From positions 124,001 to 188,000 of IMG/VR virus record IMGVR_UViG_3300042387_000948: a stretch of DNA of 64,000 bases; one strand, given 5' to 3'. Shown in pieces: positions 9,498 to 19,573 of this stretch. The translations under genes and the position numbers were made by a program. The stretch's first letter is position 1, and each line of letters begins with the position of its first letter. The notes beneath the pieces were generated by a model that ran no database searches, was not told the origin of the DNA, and saw only the letters and a list, made by a program, of their open reading frames with translations.

Positions 9498-9804
9498 GTG
9501 TAAATAATTTTTGTTTTTGTTGCATTTCTCTACCTTTCTCTGTCATCTCTCTTGCAAATATCTTAAACACCTTCCCATCATTATGGGTAAATGTTATATT
9601 TGAATGTTCATTATTAGATATAGTGAATTGAACTTGTGGTTCATCATCACCCATATTTTCATCCGTCCATGCAAATACTTGTGGTTGGTTATCATCAAAT
9701 TGAAAACACCACTCACACTCTTCGTATTTATTTGGTTGTTTTATATTGATTGATTGTTTTGGAGAATATTCAATATCCTCAAATAACTCTAATTGTTTTC
9801 CCAT
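9481..9804 (-). CDS. Hypothetical protein
   Basis: 107-aa ORF in operon. Confidence 0.65.
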   Translation of the reverse strand: MGKQLELFEDIEYSPKQSINIKQPNKYEECEWCFQFDDNQPQVFAWTDENMGDDEPQVQFTISNNEHSNITFTHNDGKVFKIFAREMTEKGREMQQKQKLFTHESKN

Positions 9805-11018
9805 TATCGTCCTACTTCTTTTAAATATTTTGCTTTGAATTCATCCCAACCCATACCTATACCTTCAATATAGAATAGATGTTCGGGCTTAATTCTACCT
9901 TCATCATACAACTTAGAATATCTACTAATTGCATGTTTTTTCCACCATTTGTTAATGTAATCAATACCTTGCTCAAATTTAGGTTTCAATACCAACGCAT
10001 CTTCTTCAATTTGCTTACATAAGAACTCTCTTCCGTTTTCATACATCATAGCAAGATATACACCCCTCTTAAATCCGTGATGATATTCGTTTGCTTTGAT
10101 ACCACACTCTTTGAAGATTTGACCTAATATCTTTTGTTTAATACCACTTACAGGTCCATTAGCTTCATAACCCATATTAGCACCATTACGAGCTCTTTCA
10201 TCTGATATATTTTGCTTATACCATTCTGCTCTGTTTTCCTTTAACCATTGATGCCACGGGTCATAGAATTTATCATCCGGCTTTAAACTAATCTTACCAG
10301 CCGATTCTCCTAATGTTTTGAAAAGTGGAATACCATTATATTGTGAGTGAATACCATACAAAGATGTTGTACCAACTGCTACAAGAGTTTGACCATACTT
10401 TGTTTTCCAATGGTTTCTAACTTCAGGAACAGTAGTCATCATAGCAACTAACTTACCACCTAAGAAGTTATATCCTAATGGCTGTGTACATACAATAGTA
10501 GATGCTATTGTAGTATGATTTAACTTACCATCAACAAACTTATTATCTTTACTCCAACCAATGAAATTATCTCTAACCCCCATTGAAGTAACATCAGATG
10601 CCAATGAAATTTGTCCCAACAACTTTCCACTCACTCTATCTTTCACATTAATCTTAACATTTCTACCAGGGTTTGCTGTAAAATCCATTGTGTGAATCAT
10701 CCTACGGATTTGTGCCCATTTAGTAGATTCTTTTGGATTATCATCTACAATCTCAACATAAGGGTCTAACGATTCAATTTCTTTTATCGTTAGCTCCTTA
10801 TTGTTGATATCAGTTGGCTTCCATTGTAAATCATAATATGTAGCTATAAGGGATTTATCTTTAATCATTGTATCTCCCTGTAATTCTACCCATTTTTTGT
10901 ATAGAGTTTGTTCCTCCACACTCATAGTAAGTAGGTAATCCATATTTTCTATTAGATTTGCCTTCTCTCTATCAAAGTCAAATACAGGTTTTTCCGGTTC
11001 ACTATCCCAAAAGCTCAT
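9804..11018 (-). CDS. DUF4338 / DruA-like protein
   Basis: LLGQISLASDVTSMGVRDNFIGW, QPLGYNFLGGKLVAM, TTSLYG..SQYN and HGFKRGVY match DUF4338 as remembered. Confidence 0.7.
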   Translation of the reverse strand: MSFWDSEPEKPVFDFDREKANLIENMDYLLTMSVEEQTLYKKWVELQGDTMIKDKSLIATYYDLQWKPTDINNKELTIKEIESLDPYVEIVDDNPKESTKWAQIRRMIHTMDFTANPGRNVKINVKDRVSGKLLGQISLASDVTSMGVRDNFIGWSKDNKFVDGKLNHTTIASTIVCTQPLGYNFLGGKLVAMMTTVPEVRNHWKTKYGQTLVAVGTTSLYGIHSQYNGIPLFKTLGESAGKISLKPDDKFYDPWHQWLKENRAEWYKQNISDERARNGANMGYEANGPVSGIKQKILGQIFKECGIKANEYHHGFKRGVYLAMMYENGREFLCKQIEEDALVLKPKFEQGIDYINKWWKKHAISRYSKLYDEGRIKPEHLFYIEGIGMGWDEFKAKYLKEVGR

Positions 11019-11024
11019 ATTATA

Positions 11025-11204
11025 TTATTTTACGATTCCTCTAATTTGATTAGTTGTTATTGATGGTGCGTAGATATAAAGTTCCTTACCAGCATTTTCT
11101 ACAAGAAACTTCTCTAAGTTCATATCCCATTCCTCACAAATATAAAGATAATCATCAATTAGTATTTGTGGTTCTTCAATTACAGTATAGTGCTGATTTG
11201 CCAT
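11025..11204 (-). CDS. Small hypothetical protein (59 aa)
   Basis: Hand translation MANQHYTVIEEPQ...IRGIVK*; fills the gap between the clamp and DUF4338 genes. Not in the ORF track. Confidence 0.65.
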   Translation of the reverse strand: MANQHYTVIEEPQILIDDYLYICEEWDMNLEKFLVENAGKELYIYAPSITTNQIRGIVK

Positions 11205-11205
11205 C

Positions 11206-11901
11206 TTATTTAATCTCTACCAAATAATAGTTCGATACATAATCTCCATCCGTAAATGATACGTGCGATAATCCTTTTGAAGAGATTTTCAATGAAGATG
11301 TTTTAGAACCTTTGTTAGCCATTAAGATAGCTTTCAAATACTTTGCAGAAAATGCAATTGGTTCGATATCATTAGTTGCAGTTGAATCTACATCCAATGA
11401 AATTCGGTTGGAGTTAATTGAAGAATATCCTAAAATAATCTCACCCTTACCACCTTTGTGAATAAATGTAAATGTATCTGCATCCGATAATACACCTTTT
11501 GATTTGATGAACTTATTTACAAAGTCATCATCCAAAGTGATTTCTGCATCAAACGGAGGAAGTGCTTTCAAATCAGGTACCGCAGGGATAACCGATGGTG
11601 CAGCTAACATATATTGTACTTTAGTTTTCTTATCGGAAAACTTTAATGCCCCAGTCACTTCTTCAATAGTGATAGCATCATCTAATACTGATAACAAACC
11701 TTTTAATTGTGATGTTGTGTAAATACCAAACTCACCATTTGGGAAATCCGATTCGGCAACACTTACATCACCTAATAAAGTTTTATCATCTGAAATCATT
11801 CTTACCGATAAGTTATTCTCATCGGATTTTACCATAACGGATTCAATCTCACCACCTAAGTTGTAACGACCAACGAAACCATCAAATTTGCTTCTGTTCA
11901 T
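11206..11901 (-). CDS. Sliding clamp (gp45/PCNA-like)
   Basis: 231 aa, repeated beta/alpha pattern, EFGIYTTSQL and YYLVEIK terminus; adjacent to polymerase and clamp loader. Confidence 0.8.
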   Translation of the reverse strand: MNRSKFDGFVGRYNLGGEIESVMVKSDENNLSVRMISDDKTLLGDVSVAESDFPNGEFGIYTTSQLKGLLSVLDDAITIEEVTGALKFSDKKTKVQYMLAAPSVIPAVPDLKALPPFDAEITLDDDFVNKFIKSKGVLSDADTFTFIHKGGKGEIILGYSSINSNRISLDVDSTATNDIEPIAFSAKYLKAILMANKGSKTSSLKISSKGLSHVSFTDGDYVSNYYLVEIK

Positions 11902-11941
11902 AATTAGTTATTTATTGTTTTATTTATTTTATATTCGTTCA

Positions 11942-11973
11942 CAAAGATACAAATATTTTGTGAATATTCCAAC
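11942..11973 (-). promoter_or_regulatory. Bacteroidota-type promoter for the clamp operon
   Basis: GTTGG-N19-TATCTTTG on the minus strand. Confidence 0.65.
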
Positions 11974-14495
11974 TAAAAAGAGAAAAACTTTTCAGCTGTT
12001 TTTTGTGAGGAAAGAACCTCACCCCAACCCAATGCTCCATAGAAATCCTCTAACTTCTTTAGTAATTCCCTTTCAAAGATTTTATCATAATCGATGTAAG
12101 TTTTTACCAAATCCATAATTTGGTCTGAATCCTCATATCCCTTAAATCCCAACCCATCCAAACCATATGGATTTTGCTTTAGATATACCCACTTAATTTT
12201 ATCACCATCTTTCATTGGTTCGCAGGTATTTTGTATATTAAAGTGAGCTATTAGTTGGTTATGTGCAATTGCTGCCTTAACGTGCGCCGGAGTTCCACTA
12301 TTGAATTGAAACATTGCTCTATTATCCTTTTTCTTTGGTATGTATTTAGATAACTCTTTAACTGCTGAATTCTTAGCGATTGAAGTTACATCCATATTAA
12401 CTAAATCCTTTTTGAAATCATGTATCTTATCAGTTAGTACATCTTCCGTTTCACCTTTTAGAATATCAATTAGGATACCACTCATAAACTTACGGAATTG
12501 TGCAGGATATGATGAACGAACCACATCCAATCCTTTAACATCCAATCTATCGCATGGAATACCATTTTCCGCAATAATCCATTGTGCATATCGTTTCTTA
12601 GCAATCCAAATACCTGATTTAGATACAAACTCTTTTTTGATTTGGAATCTATGTTTGGTTTTATCTACATTGAATACTCTTTCCGATAATACATCATAAA
12701 AGTTATTTAAGAAATCCTGCGTTTCACCAGCAATTGTATCTACTTTCAATGCAATTTCAGTATCATTATCAGCTTTCCAATTCTCATATCTATGGTCTAA
12801 TATAGGTACTGCTGAAAAGAATACCGAATCCGTATCAATGTATATGTTGAAATCCTGTCCGGTTGTTCCTAACTCTTTATTGTATTTAATATTAGCCATA
12901 TCAGCCGTAGATTTAATTACAGTTTGACCTGTTGTTGTTACAGCTTCTGCATTATCAACATCATAGAAACGGAACGCAGGTAATCCCAATACTCCATATA
13001 ATGAGTTCAATAAAATCTTTTGTACTAACTGTCTTTTCTTATAGAATGCATATTTTTCTTTATCACCACTCTCACCAAATTGTTTTTCCAACTTACGGAA
13101 CTCCACACGTTGAGAGAACCACAAATCTAAAATATCAGGGATACAACCAGCTTTATCGGTTCTATACATTACACCATTAGATGATACCGAATACTTACTT
13201 TCTTCTAATAGTTTCTTTAAGTTTTCTTTTGATATCGTTCGGTTTCCAATAAAAAACTCATCAATTTCACCCTTCATATACTTTTGAGCATCCCAATTAT
13301 CAATCTTAGCTACCTTTGTTTCAGGTGATATGTTAAGAGTCATAATGATGGATGGGTATAGTGATGTTAAGTCCAAGTCATATATCCAATCATACTTACC
13401 AACGATAGGTGCTTTTACATATGCCCCAATAAATTTCTCTTGGTCATTATCTCTTAATGCCTGCATCCTTTCTTGTCTATCCGCAGGTTTGTTAGGTGCT
13501 ACAATGTTCTTTCTCTTTAAGTAAGTTAATAGTGCTCCCTCCAAATACTTTGATGAATAAACGAAATCTTCGTATGGAACGTGTCCAGCGTGGCAGATAC
13601 CCCTAGCAGTATCAATGAATTGTAGTTTTGCATCCATATCTACAACTAACTGAACATCCACTAAGTTATACTCAATAAACTTTTCAATATCATCTCTGAA
13701 TAGGATATCCAAATTACCTTTGTATTCAATCTTACCTCTACCCAACTCTCTCATTGCAATACTATCCAAACGATAGTTATCCAACTCCGTATATGTAAAG
13801 TTTTTGTACAATCCTAAATAATCCAAATAGGATACCCCCGCCATAAAGAATCTCTTACGATATGGTGACCAGAAACATTCTCCAATAGGTGATAATCGAT
13901 TAGCATGTTTTTGACCCAACACCCTCTTAATACGATTGTATAAATAAGGTGTATCAAAGTAATCAATGTTCCAACCTGTAACGATTGTGGGATTAATATA
14001 CTCATATAAATCTAAGTATTTAAGTATCATATCCCTCTCATCCACAAATGGAATTACAATTGCCGTATCGGTTTTCTTCTCCACCATCTTACCGCTCTTA
14101 TCCATAATAAGGACATAGTATTGGTCAGCTGCTGAATCATGTAAACCAATTGCGGTTAATTCATTTTCAGCTTTTTCAGTATCCGGCAATCCCGTCTCCA
14201 TCTCACACTCAATATCGTATGTTAAGATAACGTGCCCCTCCGATGGAACATCTGAATCCGTATAAGTATCAACCAATACTCTAGTAGTTTCGGCAACATC
14301 TGATTCAAACAAATTAGGGTCATCTCCCTTAAATTTGTATATTTTTGTTAGTTTATCACCATATAAAGATGTGTAATCACCTCTTTCGGCTTTTTCATAC
14401 GCATAACGAGTGTAAGGAAAACTTCTGTATCCCTGAACATCATCCCAAATGTGCACTAAATTCTTTTCTCTCTGATAATATACGTTCTGGTACAT
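11973..14495 (-). CDS. DNA polymerase family B (gp43-like)
   Basis: Exo I YDIE, GWN..FD, DLDLTSLYPS, KILLNSLYG, YIDTDS, KKRYA. Confidence 0.97.
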   Translation of the reverse strand: MYQNVYYQREKNLVHIWDDVQGYRSFPYTRYAYEKAERGDYTSLYGDKLTKIYKFKGDDPNLFESDVAETTRVLVDTYTDSDVPSEGHVILTYDIECEMETGLPDTEKAENELTAIGLHDSAADQYYVLIMDKSGKMVEKKTDTAIVIPFVDERDMILKYLDLYEYINPTIVTGWNIDYFDTPYLYNRIKRVLGQKHANRLSPIGECFWSPYRKRFFMAGVSYLDYLGLYKNFTYTELDNYRLDSIAMRELGRGKIEYKGNLDILFRDDIEKFIEYNLVDVQLVVDMDAKLQFIDTARGICHAGHVPYEDFVYSSKYLEGALLTYLKRKNIVAPNKPADRQERMQALRDNDQEKFIGAYVKAPIVGKYDWIYDLDLTSLYPSIIMTLNISPETKVAKIDNWDAQKYMKGEIDEFFIGNRTISKENLKKLLEESKYSVSSNGVMYRTDKAGCIPDILDLWFSQRVEFRKLEKQFGESGDKEKYAFYKKRQLVQKILLNSLYGVLGLPAFRFYDVDNAEAVTTTGQTVIKSTADMANIKYNKELGTTGQDFNIYIDTDSVFFSAVPILDHRYENWKADNDTEIALKVDTIAGETQDFLNNFYDVLSERVFNVDKTKHRFQIKKEFVSKSGIWIAKKRYAQWIIAENGIPCDRLDVKGLDVVRSSYPAQFRKFMSGILIDILKGETEDVLTDKIHDFKKDLVNMDVTSIAKNSAVKELSKYIPKKKDNRAMFQFNSGTPAHVKAAIAHNQLIAHFNIQNTCEPMKDGDKIKWVYLKQNPYGLDGLGFKGYEDSDQIMDLVKTYIDYDKIFERELLKKLEDFYGALGWGEVLSSQKTAEKFFSF

Positions 14496-14508
14496 CGTGT
14501 CTTTTTAA

Positions 14509-15621
14509 TTAATCTTCAAATATTCTAGCGGTTTTTTCAAAATTGTTTTCAATATCCCAACTTTTCAATGAGTTTTCCCATAATAGAGCTTTTGATATTG
14601 CACTTACATCGGGTCTTTCAATTATTCCATCTAATAACCCAACAACCACTTCTTTAAAATGCTCCTTCGAATTATATAGTAATGGATAATCATTGCCAAC
14701 CATTTCAGGGTAACATAATCCGTTTGGTAGTACATATGGAACACCTCTACTCAATCCATCCGTTGTACTCATACTCCATGCTGAATATGTTTGGAAACAA
14801 CCAACTCCAAAATGAGCTTGTGATAGTTGATTCATATACACATTTCTATCAGCATGTCCAATGTATTTTGTGTATGGTTTTTTCATATCTTTTAAACTAG
14901 TCCACACCTCAAAATCCTGTCTTTCTTTCCATAGATTATCCATAGTTTCAAAGAACCATTCGGAACCTGTATATACCCCTTCCCTATGATTGAATACAAT
15001 GGTTTTTGGCTTGTATTCTTTTGGTTCTACGAATTCATCCGTACCCAAATACCAAGGCTGAATAATTCTATCTAATTTTTCAATGATATGTGGTTGAAAA
15101 TCTTCAGATACTCTTTTAATTACCAAATCCTTAACCCATTGAGAGTTTACACCACATACTTTCATATCCAACATACCCTTTACGTTTTTCCAAAAAGAGT
15201 TATCATCCCTAGCACCATTATCTTTAATTTCCCACCAATGGCAGTATCCGATAATAGGTTGAGTTTTGTTGTAAATACGAGTAATTTTATATTCGTGAGT
15301 CCATTCAGGTAAATGTGACCAAATTAGATTAAAGTTTTCCTTATCAATCAATCGTTGGAAGAATTTGTATGGATAGTTTACCCTCATTTTTGGTGGGAAG
15401 CAATCTAATCCATCCATTCTACGAAGTGATACGTTTGGATATTCGAATGTATTGATAATACCAGGATGGTTATCCATGTCAGGATATGGGAGTACAAACT
15501 CCCACTCCTTACCTATTTTTGTGTTATCTAAAAATGCTTTAAATACCAGCAAAAATGAATCTCTATTTATATCTTTGTTAGAGCCAAAGTTTGTATAATT
15601 TGGTATTACCAATACTTTCAT
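14509..15621 (-). CDS. Glycosyltransferase, GT-B fold; possibly DNA-acting
   Basis: KVLVIP N-terminus, IVFNHR, AWSMSTTDGLSRGVPYV, YPEM; sits 13 nt upstream of polB. Confidence 0.75.
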   Translation of the reverse strand: MKVLVIPNYTNFGSNKDINRDSFLLVFKAFLDNTKIGKEWEFVLPYPDMDNHPGIINTFEYPNVSLRRMDGLDCFPPKMRVNYPYKFFQRLIDKENFNLIWSHLPEWTHEYKITRIYNKTQPIIGYCHWWEIKDNGARDDNSFWKNVKGMLDMKVCGVNSQWVKDLVIKRVSEDFQPHIIEKLDRIIQPWYLGTDEFVEPKEYKPKTIVFNHREGVYTGSEWFFETMDNLWKERQDFEVWTSLKDMKKPYTKYIGHADRNVYMNQLSQAHFGVGCFQTYSAWSMSTTDGLSRGVPYVLPNGLCYPEMVGNDYPLLYNSKEHFKEVVVGLLDGIIERPDVSAISKALLWENSLKSWDIENNFEKTARIFED

Positions 15622-15622
15622 A

Positions 15623-17410
15623 TTATGCGGATAAATCTAATGTGTCAACTATTTGATAAATTGTATTAATTGATTTCTCAACTACCTTTTTTTCAGAACC
15701 ACTAAGTGTATCTAATATAGCTTCATTTCGTTCAGCTATCATAATCCAATATTCATTTGGTGAGCAATTCCAATTTTTATTTTTCTGATTACCATCTAAG
15801 TTATCATCTATCATTCCTAAAAATCCATCTTTAGCATCACCACCAGTACTATGCATTTGCTTATGTAACCAATGAAGTCCTTCTCCATTTGAAAAATTTA
15901 CAATAGATATGTTATCTGTGGATAATGGGAATAGTTTTAATCTAGCTACCATTGATTCACTTTCAATGAAAGATGCAGTTCTTTTCAATACATTTTCACG
16001 ATATTCAGCTTGTAAATCTCTATCTTTTGAACGATTTTTAATGTCCGAATCTACATTTTGAAATACATATTGAAAGATTTTATCCCAACGAGAATTAGCA
16101 CTTGTTGAATTATAAGTGGAAGCTTCTGTTCCAAAGTATTTCCAAACAGGAACTTTTTTATTATTATGGTTTACATCCGAATTCAAAAGTCTTGCATACT
16201 CATTGATAACTTTATTTACAACCTTAGAAATACCCATTTTTGGATTCTTTCTTTTAAAATAAAGTGCCAAACTAACCATCAATATACCGGTATGATATTT
16301 TTTAATATGAAGGTCTTCCATAGCTTGGATTTTAGAACCTCCTATTTTTTTCCAATCATTAACTAAGCTATTAATTGTTGTAGTAATTGTAGTCCACTCT
16401 TCTGATTCAAATACAAGTTTATATTCTTTTTCATAAAATGAAACAATATCTAAATAACTAGCATCTGTAATTGTTTTCTTAAACATATCTCTCCAATAAT
16501 CAGTTTCTTTTCCATCATCTTTACCATTTTCAAAACTAACTACCATATTATTAAACTTTTTAAACTCATCGATAGTATCACAATATCTAGAACCTATATA
16601 TGCCTGAAGAATTGGAATCATTTTGGCTACTTTATGCTTATCAGCATAACTTTGATGACCAAACATTAATTTACCTTTATTAAAGTTATCAGTTCCAATT
16701 TTATTGGTAAAATATTCAAGTAGTTTATCTCCACAATAATGAGTTTTATATTCATTTGTTCGTTTTAGTGGAGTCATATAATAGTTATAAGCCAACCAAG
16801 GGTTTGGTTGTCTATTACAATTCATCATATCTTTTTCAAATTGACGGGTTGTTTGTAAACTAACTACAAATCCAATCTTAACATTATTATAAAACTCTTT
16901 AAACTCATCGGATGATTCTACCACAGACTTCAAAGAGTAAGCGTAGTCTAATTGTTCTTCTTTTTTTGAATTAAAAAAATTGCGAATTAAATTTATCAAA
17001 TACTTATCGTCTTCATTATTTATATCATAATGCAATATGATATCATCGCACATATTCAACCATTCCTTTCCATTAAGAACTTCGTTGGTATAATATTTTC
17101 CAAATGTTAATGAAAACATAGTTCCATTATCACGAATAAATCCAACTTTCGATGGATTATCTTTTAAAATACTTACCAGTAATTGACCTTTTTCTGAAAT
17201 ACCGGTCATATAACGAATTAAATGATGAACTTTACCATAATACTTTATTTTTGTATCTAAATCTTCATCACGATTTCCTTCATTATCTAATTGTTTAGCT
17301 TCAATAAGATATTTACATTCATTGAATGTAACTACTCCTATTTGTTTTACAAACATAGCAGGTTTTTGTTTGTTATTACCTACATACTTAATTGATTCTT
17401 TTAATTCCAT
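15623..17410 (-). CDS. Hypothetical 595-aa protein; possible degenerate DUF262 + HNH
   Basis: Weak matches only: IRDNGT, QFEKDMMNCN, and C-terminal HWLHKQMHSTGG...DDN. The ORF is secure; the function is tentative. Confidence 0.4.
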   Translation of the reverse strand: MELKESIKYVGNNKQKPAMFVKQIGVVTFNECKYLIEAKQLDNEGNRDEDLDTKIKYYGKVHHLIRYMTGISEKGQLLVSILKDNPSKVGFIRDNGTMFSLTFGKYYTNEVLNGKEWLNMCDDIILHYDINNEDDKYLINLIRNFFNSKKEEQLDYAYSLKSVVESSDEFKEFYNNVKIGFVVSLQTTRQFEKDMMNCNRQPNPWLAYNYYMTPLKRTNEYKTHYCGDKLLEYFTNKIGTDNFNKGKLMFGHQSYADKHKVAKMIPILQAYIGSRYCDTIDEFKKFNNMVVSFENGKDDGKETDYWRDMFKKTITDASYLDIVSFYEKEYKLVFESEEWTTITTTINSLVNDWKKIGGSKIQAMEDLHIKKYHTGILMVSLALYFKRKNPKMGISKVVNKVINEYARLLNSDVNHNNKKVPVWKYFGTEASTYNSTSANSRWDKIFQYVFQNVDSDIKNRSKDRDLQAEYRENVLKRTASFIESESMVARLKLFPLSTDNISIVNFSNGEGLHWLHKQMHSTGGDAKDGFLGMIDDNLDGNQKNKNWNCSPNEYWIMIAERNEAILDTLSGSEKKVVEKSINTIYQIVDTLDLSA

Positions 17411-17436
17411 ATTTAAGGGGGTTATTGTTTATATAA

Positions 17437-17468
17437 TAAAGATAAGTAAAATAAATGATATTTCCAAA
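17437..17468 (-). promoter_or_regulatory. Bacteroidota-type promoter (variant -7)
   Basis: TTTGG-N19-TATCTTTA. Confidence 0.6.
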
Positions 17469-17472
17469 TATT

Positions 17473-18273
17473 TTACCAAAAATTTTCAGTACCTTCAGGT
17501 ACTTCGTATGTTGTTAAATGATGTACTACTTCTGTATTATAAGATGCAGTATCTTTGGGGTATGGCTTGATTTCATGCTTCAATCTACTCATCAAATCTT
17601 TCTTCTCCCGCTTATCTTGCGCAATTATCTGAACGTACCTATGTTTTGGTGGTTCTTCTCTTCTCCAAAATTCTTTGTATCCTTCTTTACCAATTTCGTT
17701 TTGTAAATGTGCTAAATTACCACTACCCCATAAAGAGAATACTGTCCTACTATGAATCCATTTGTAAGGGTCTTTACTTAATGAGATACCCCAATTTGGC
17801 ATTAGTGCTATATCGGATGATAATCCTTGATAAATCCAATTTGTAGCTTGGTAGATACCACCTAAATGTGCTTGTCCATTGTCTGCATATGATAGGAGTA
17901 CTTTGATTGCTTTATCGTTTTCTTTTAACCATTTGAATGTCTGTCCTAATGCAAATGATTCGATGTTAGAACCATAACCATCATCACAATATAGACGAGT
18001 TAGTTCTAAAATGTTATCTTTGGTTAATCCTTCACAAATTGATGTTGATGCTTTTGCTCCCACTGGGAATCCATAAATTACACAACCTATTAATCTATCT
18101 CCATCAAATGTATTAGCATCATCGGATTTGTAATAAATTCCTAATGCGTATCTACAAGCTGTCCAAGCGTGCGTATAGTGTTTCTTTACAATAATATCTT
18201 TTGCTATGTTTTTAGCTATTGGGTGAACATACACCTTACTAACATCACAATAATCTTTTCCTTCTACTTTCAT
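17473..18273 (-). CDS. Mom-like DNA modification enzyme (GNAT fold), copy A
   Basis: IIVKKHY, LIGCVIYG, LELTRL, SNIES, LSYAD, HLGGIYQATNWIYQG, PKHRY. Confidence 0.85.
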   Translation of the reverse strand: MKVEGKDYCDVSKVYVHPIAKNIAKDIIVKKHYTHAWTACRYALGIYYKSDDANTFDGDRLIGCVIYGFPVGAKASTSICEGLTKDNILELTRLYCDDGYGSNIESFALGQTFKWLKENDKAIKVLLSYADNGQAHLGGIYQATNWIYQGLSSDIALMPNWGISLSKDPYKWIHSRTVFSLWGSGNLAHLQNEIGKEGYKEFWRREEPPKHRYVQIIAQDKREKKDLMSRLKHEIKPYPKDTASYNTEVVHHLTTYEVPEGTENFW

Positions 18274-18578
18274 ATTTTACCAGAAGCCATCTTCTTCTTT
18301 ATTGTCATTTTTTTTTTAGCTACCGGCTTTTTCTTTTTCTTCCGTTTAGCATCCAACTTAGCGAACGCATCATGTAACTCACCTAATTTACCTTCTGCTT
18401 TTGGTTTTTTTGGTGATTTGTTTTCTTTAAGATATTCAGCTGTCCATTTGATTTCAACCGATACAGGTCCATTTTGGAATTTGTTGGTATCATACTTCCA
18501 AACCATTGTACAATCCTCATCTTTATAAACTCTTTCAAATTGTGTTGCGTTTGGTACTTCTATTAGTTTTTTAGCCAT
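18270..18578 (-). CDS. Hypothetical protein with Lys-rich C-terminus
   Basis: 102 aa; VWKYDTNKFQNGPVSVEIK; basic tail. Confidence 0.7.
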   Translation of the reverse strand: MAKKLIEVPNATQFERVYKDEDCTMVWKYDTNKFQNGPVSVEIKWTAEYLKENKSPKKPKAEGKLGELHDAFAKLDAKRKKKKKPVAKKKMTIKKKMASGKI

Positions 18579-18582
18579 AGTA

Positions 18583-18614
18583 CAAAGTTACAAAATTAAT
18601 TTGATATTTCCAAA
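18583..18614 (-). promoter_or_regulatory. Bacteroidota-type promoter
   Basis: TTTGG-N19-TAACTTTG, overlapping the 3' end of Mom copy B. Confidence 0.75.
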
Positions 18615-19369
18615 TTTACAGGTTCCATTTTATGAACCTCATCAATGATATCTAACTCTACTTTTGGGTATGGGAATACCTCATGTTTAAGTGAGTTTAT
18701 AAATGCTTTCTTTTCTTTCTTATCTTTGGTTAGAATATACACATATCTATGCTTGCGAGGTTCTCTCTTAATCCAAAATGGAGATGTTACCATTGTCTGA
18801 ATTATCTTAGGGTCATTTGTTCCGTATTTTACATAAGATGTTCTACTATGATGCCACTCATCATCTTCGTTCCATTTGAAACTCCAACTGTCACTCCATC
18901 TGATTTTGTTACCCTGATAAATCCAATTGGTAGCTTGATATACTGTTCCTAAATGTCCAGCATTTGGGTCTGAATATGATATTAGTGCTTTGATTCTAGG
19001 TACATTCTTTCGTAACCATTCAAACGATTGTCCAACAAACCAACTCTCAATGTTAGAACCATATCCATCAAATACAAATAATCGGGTCAATTCTAACACA
19101 CCATCTCTTGGGAGTAACTCCGATATCGATGCTCCCGCGTTTCTACCAACCGGGTCACCATAACATGCAACTCCAACTAATTGTTCGTTTACACCACTAA
19201 AGAAATTATGTTCATCTTCGGATATGTAAAACAAACCAATAGCATAGGATACCTTCGTCCATATCCCACTATAATGGTTATTTACAATGATATCCTTTGC
19301 TATGTTTTTGTTTATCTCTCTAATTGAAAATTTAGAGATATCGCAATATTGTTTACCTTCTATTTTCAT
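18596..19369 (-). CDS. Mom-like DNA modification enzyme, copy B
   Basis: IIVNNHY, LVGVACYG, LELTRL, SNIES, ISYSD, HLGTVYQATNWIYQG, RKHRY. Confidence 0.85.
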   Translation of the reverse strand: MKIEGKQYCDISKFSIREINKNIAKDIIVNNHYSGIWTKVSYAIGLFYISEDEHNFFSGVNEQLVGVACYGDPVGRNAGASISELLPRDGVLELTRLFVFDGYGSNIESWFVGQSFEWLRKNVPRIKALISYSDPNAGHLGTVYQATNWIYQGNKIRWSDSWSFKWNEDDEWHHSRTSYVKYGTNDPKIIQTMVTSPFWIKREPRKHRYVYILTKDKKEKKAFINSLKHEVFPYPKVELDIIDEVHKMEPVNLEISN

Positions 19370-19569
19370 AAACTACCAGACCAAAATTCGTTTAGATGAG
19401 TCCAAGTTTTACGTTGGATAATTTTTAACACATTTGATGGTGATACCTTATTGTTTCGGGCAATCACTTTAATATTCCTATGACCCATTTGCCATAGTCT
19501 TCTAATTTGTAACACCTGCTCATCCGTAAGTTTGGCAGATGGGTGCGTTTGACCCCTTAATATTCCCAT
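19366..19569 (-). CDS. Small HTH protein resembling the C-terminal DNA-binding module of HNH homing endonucleases
   Basis: GQTHPSAKLTDEQVLQIR...IARNNKVSPSNV..I..RKTWTH. Confidence 0.65.
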   Translation of the reverse strand: MGILRGQTHPSAKLTDEQVLQIRRLWQMGHRNIKVIARNNKVSPSNVLKIIQRKTWTHLNEFWSGSL

Positions 19570-19573
19570 GTAA

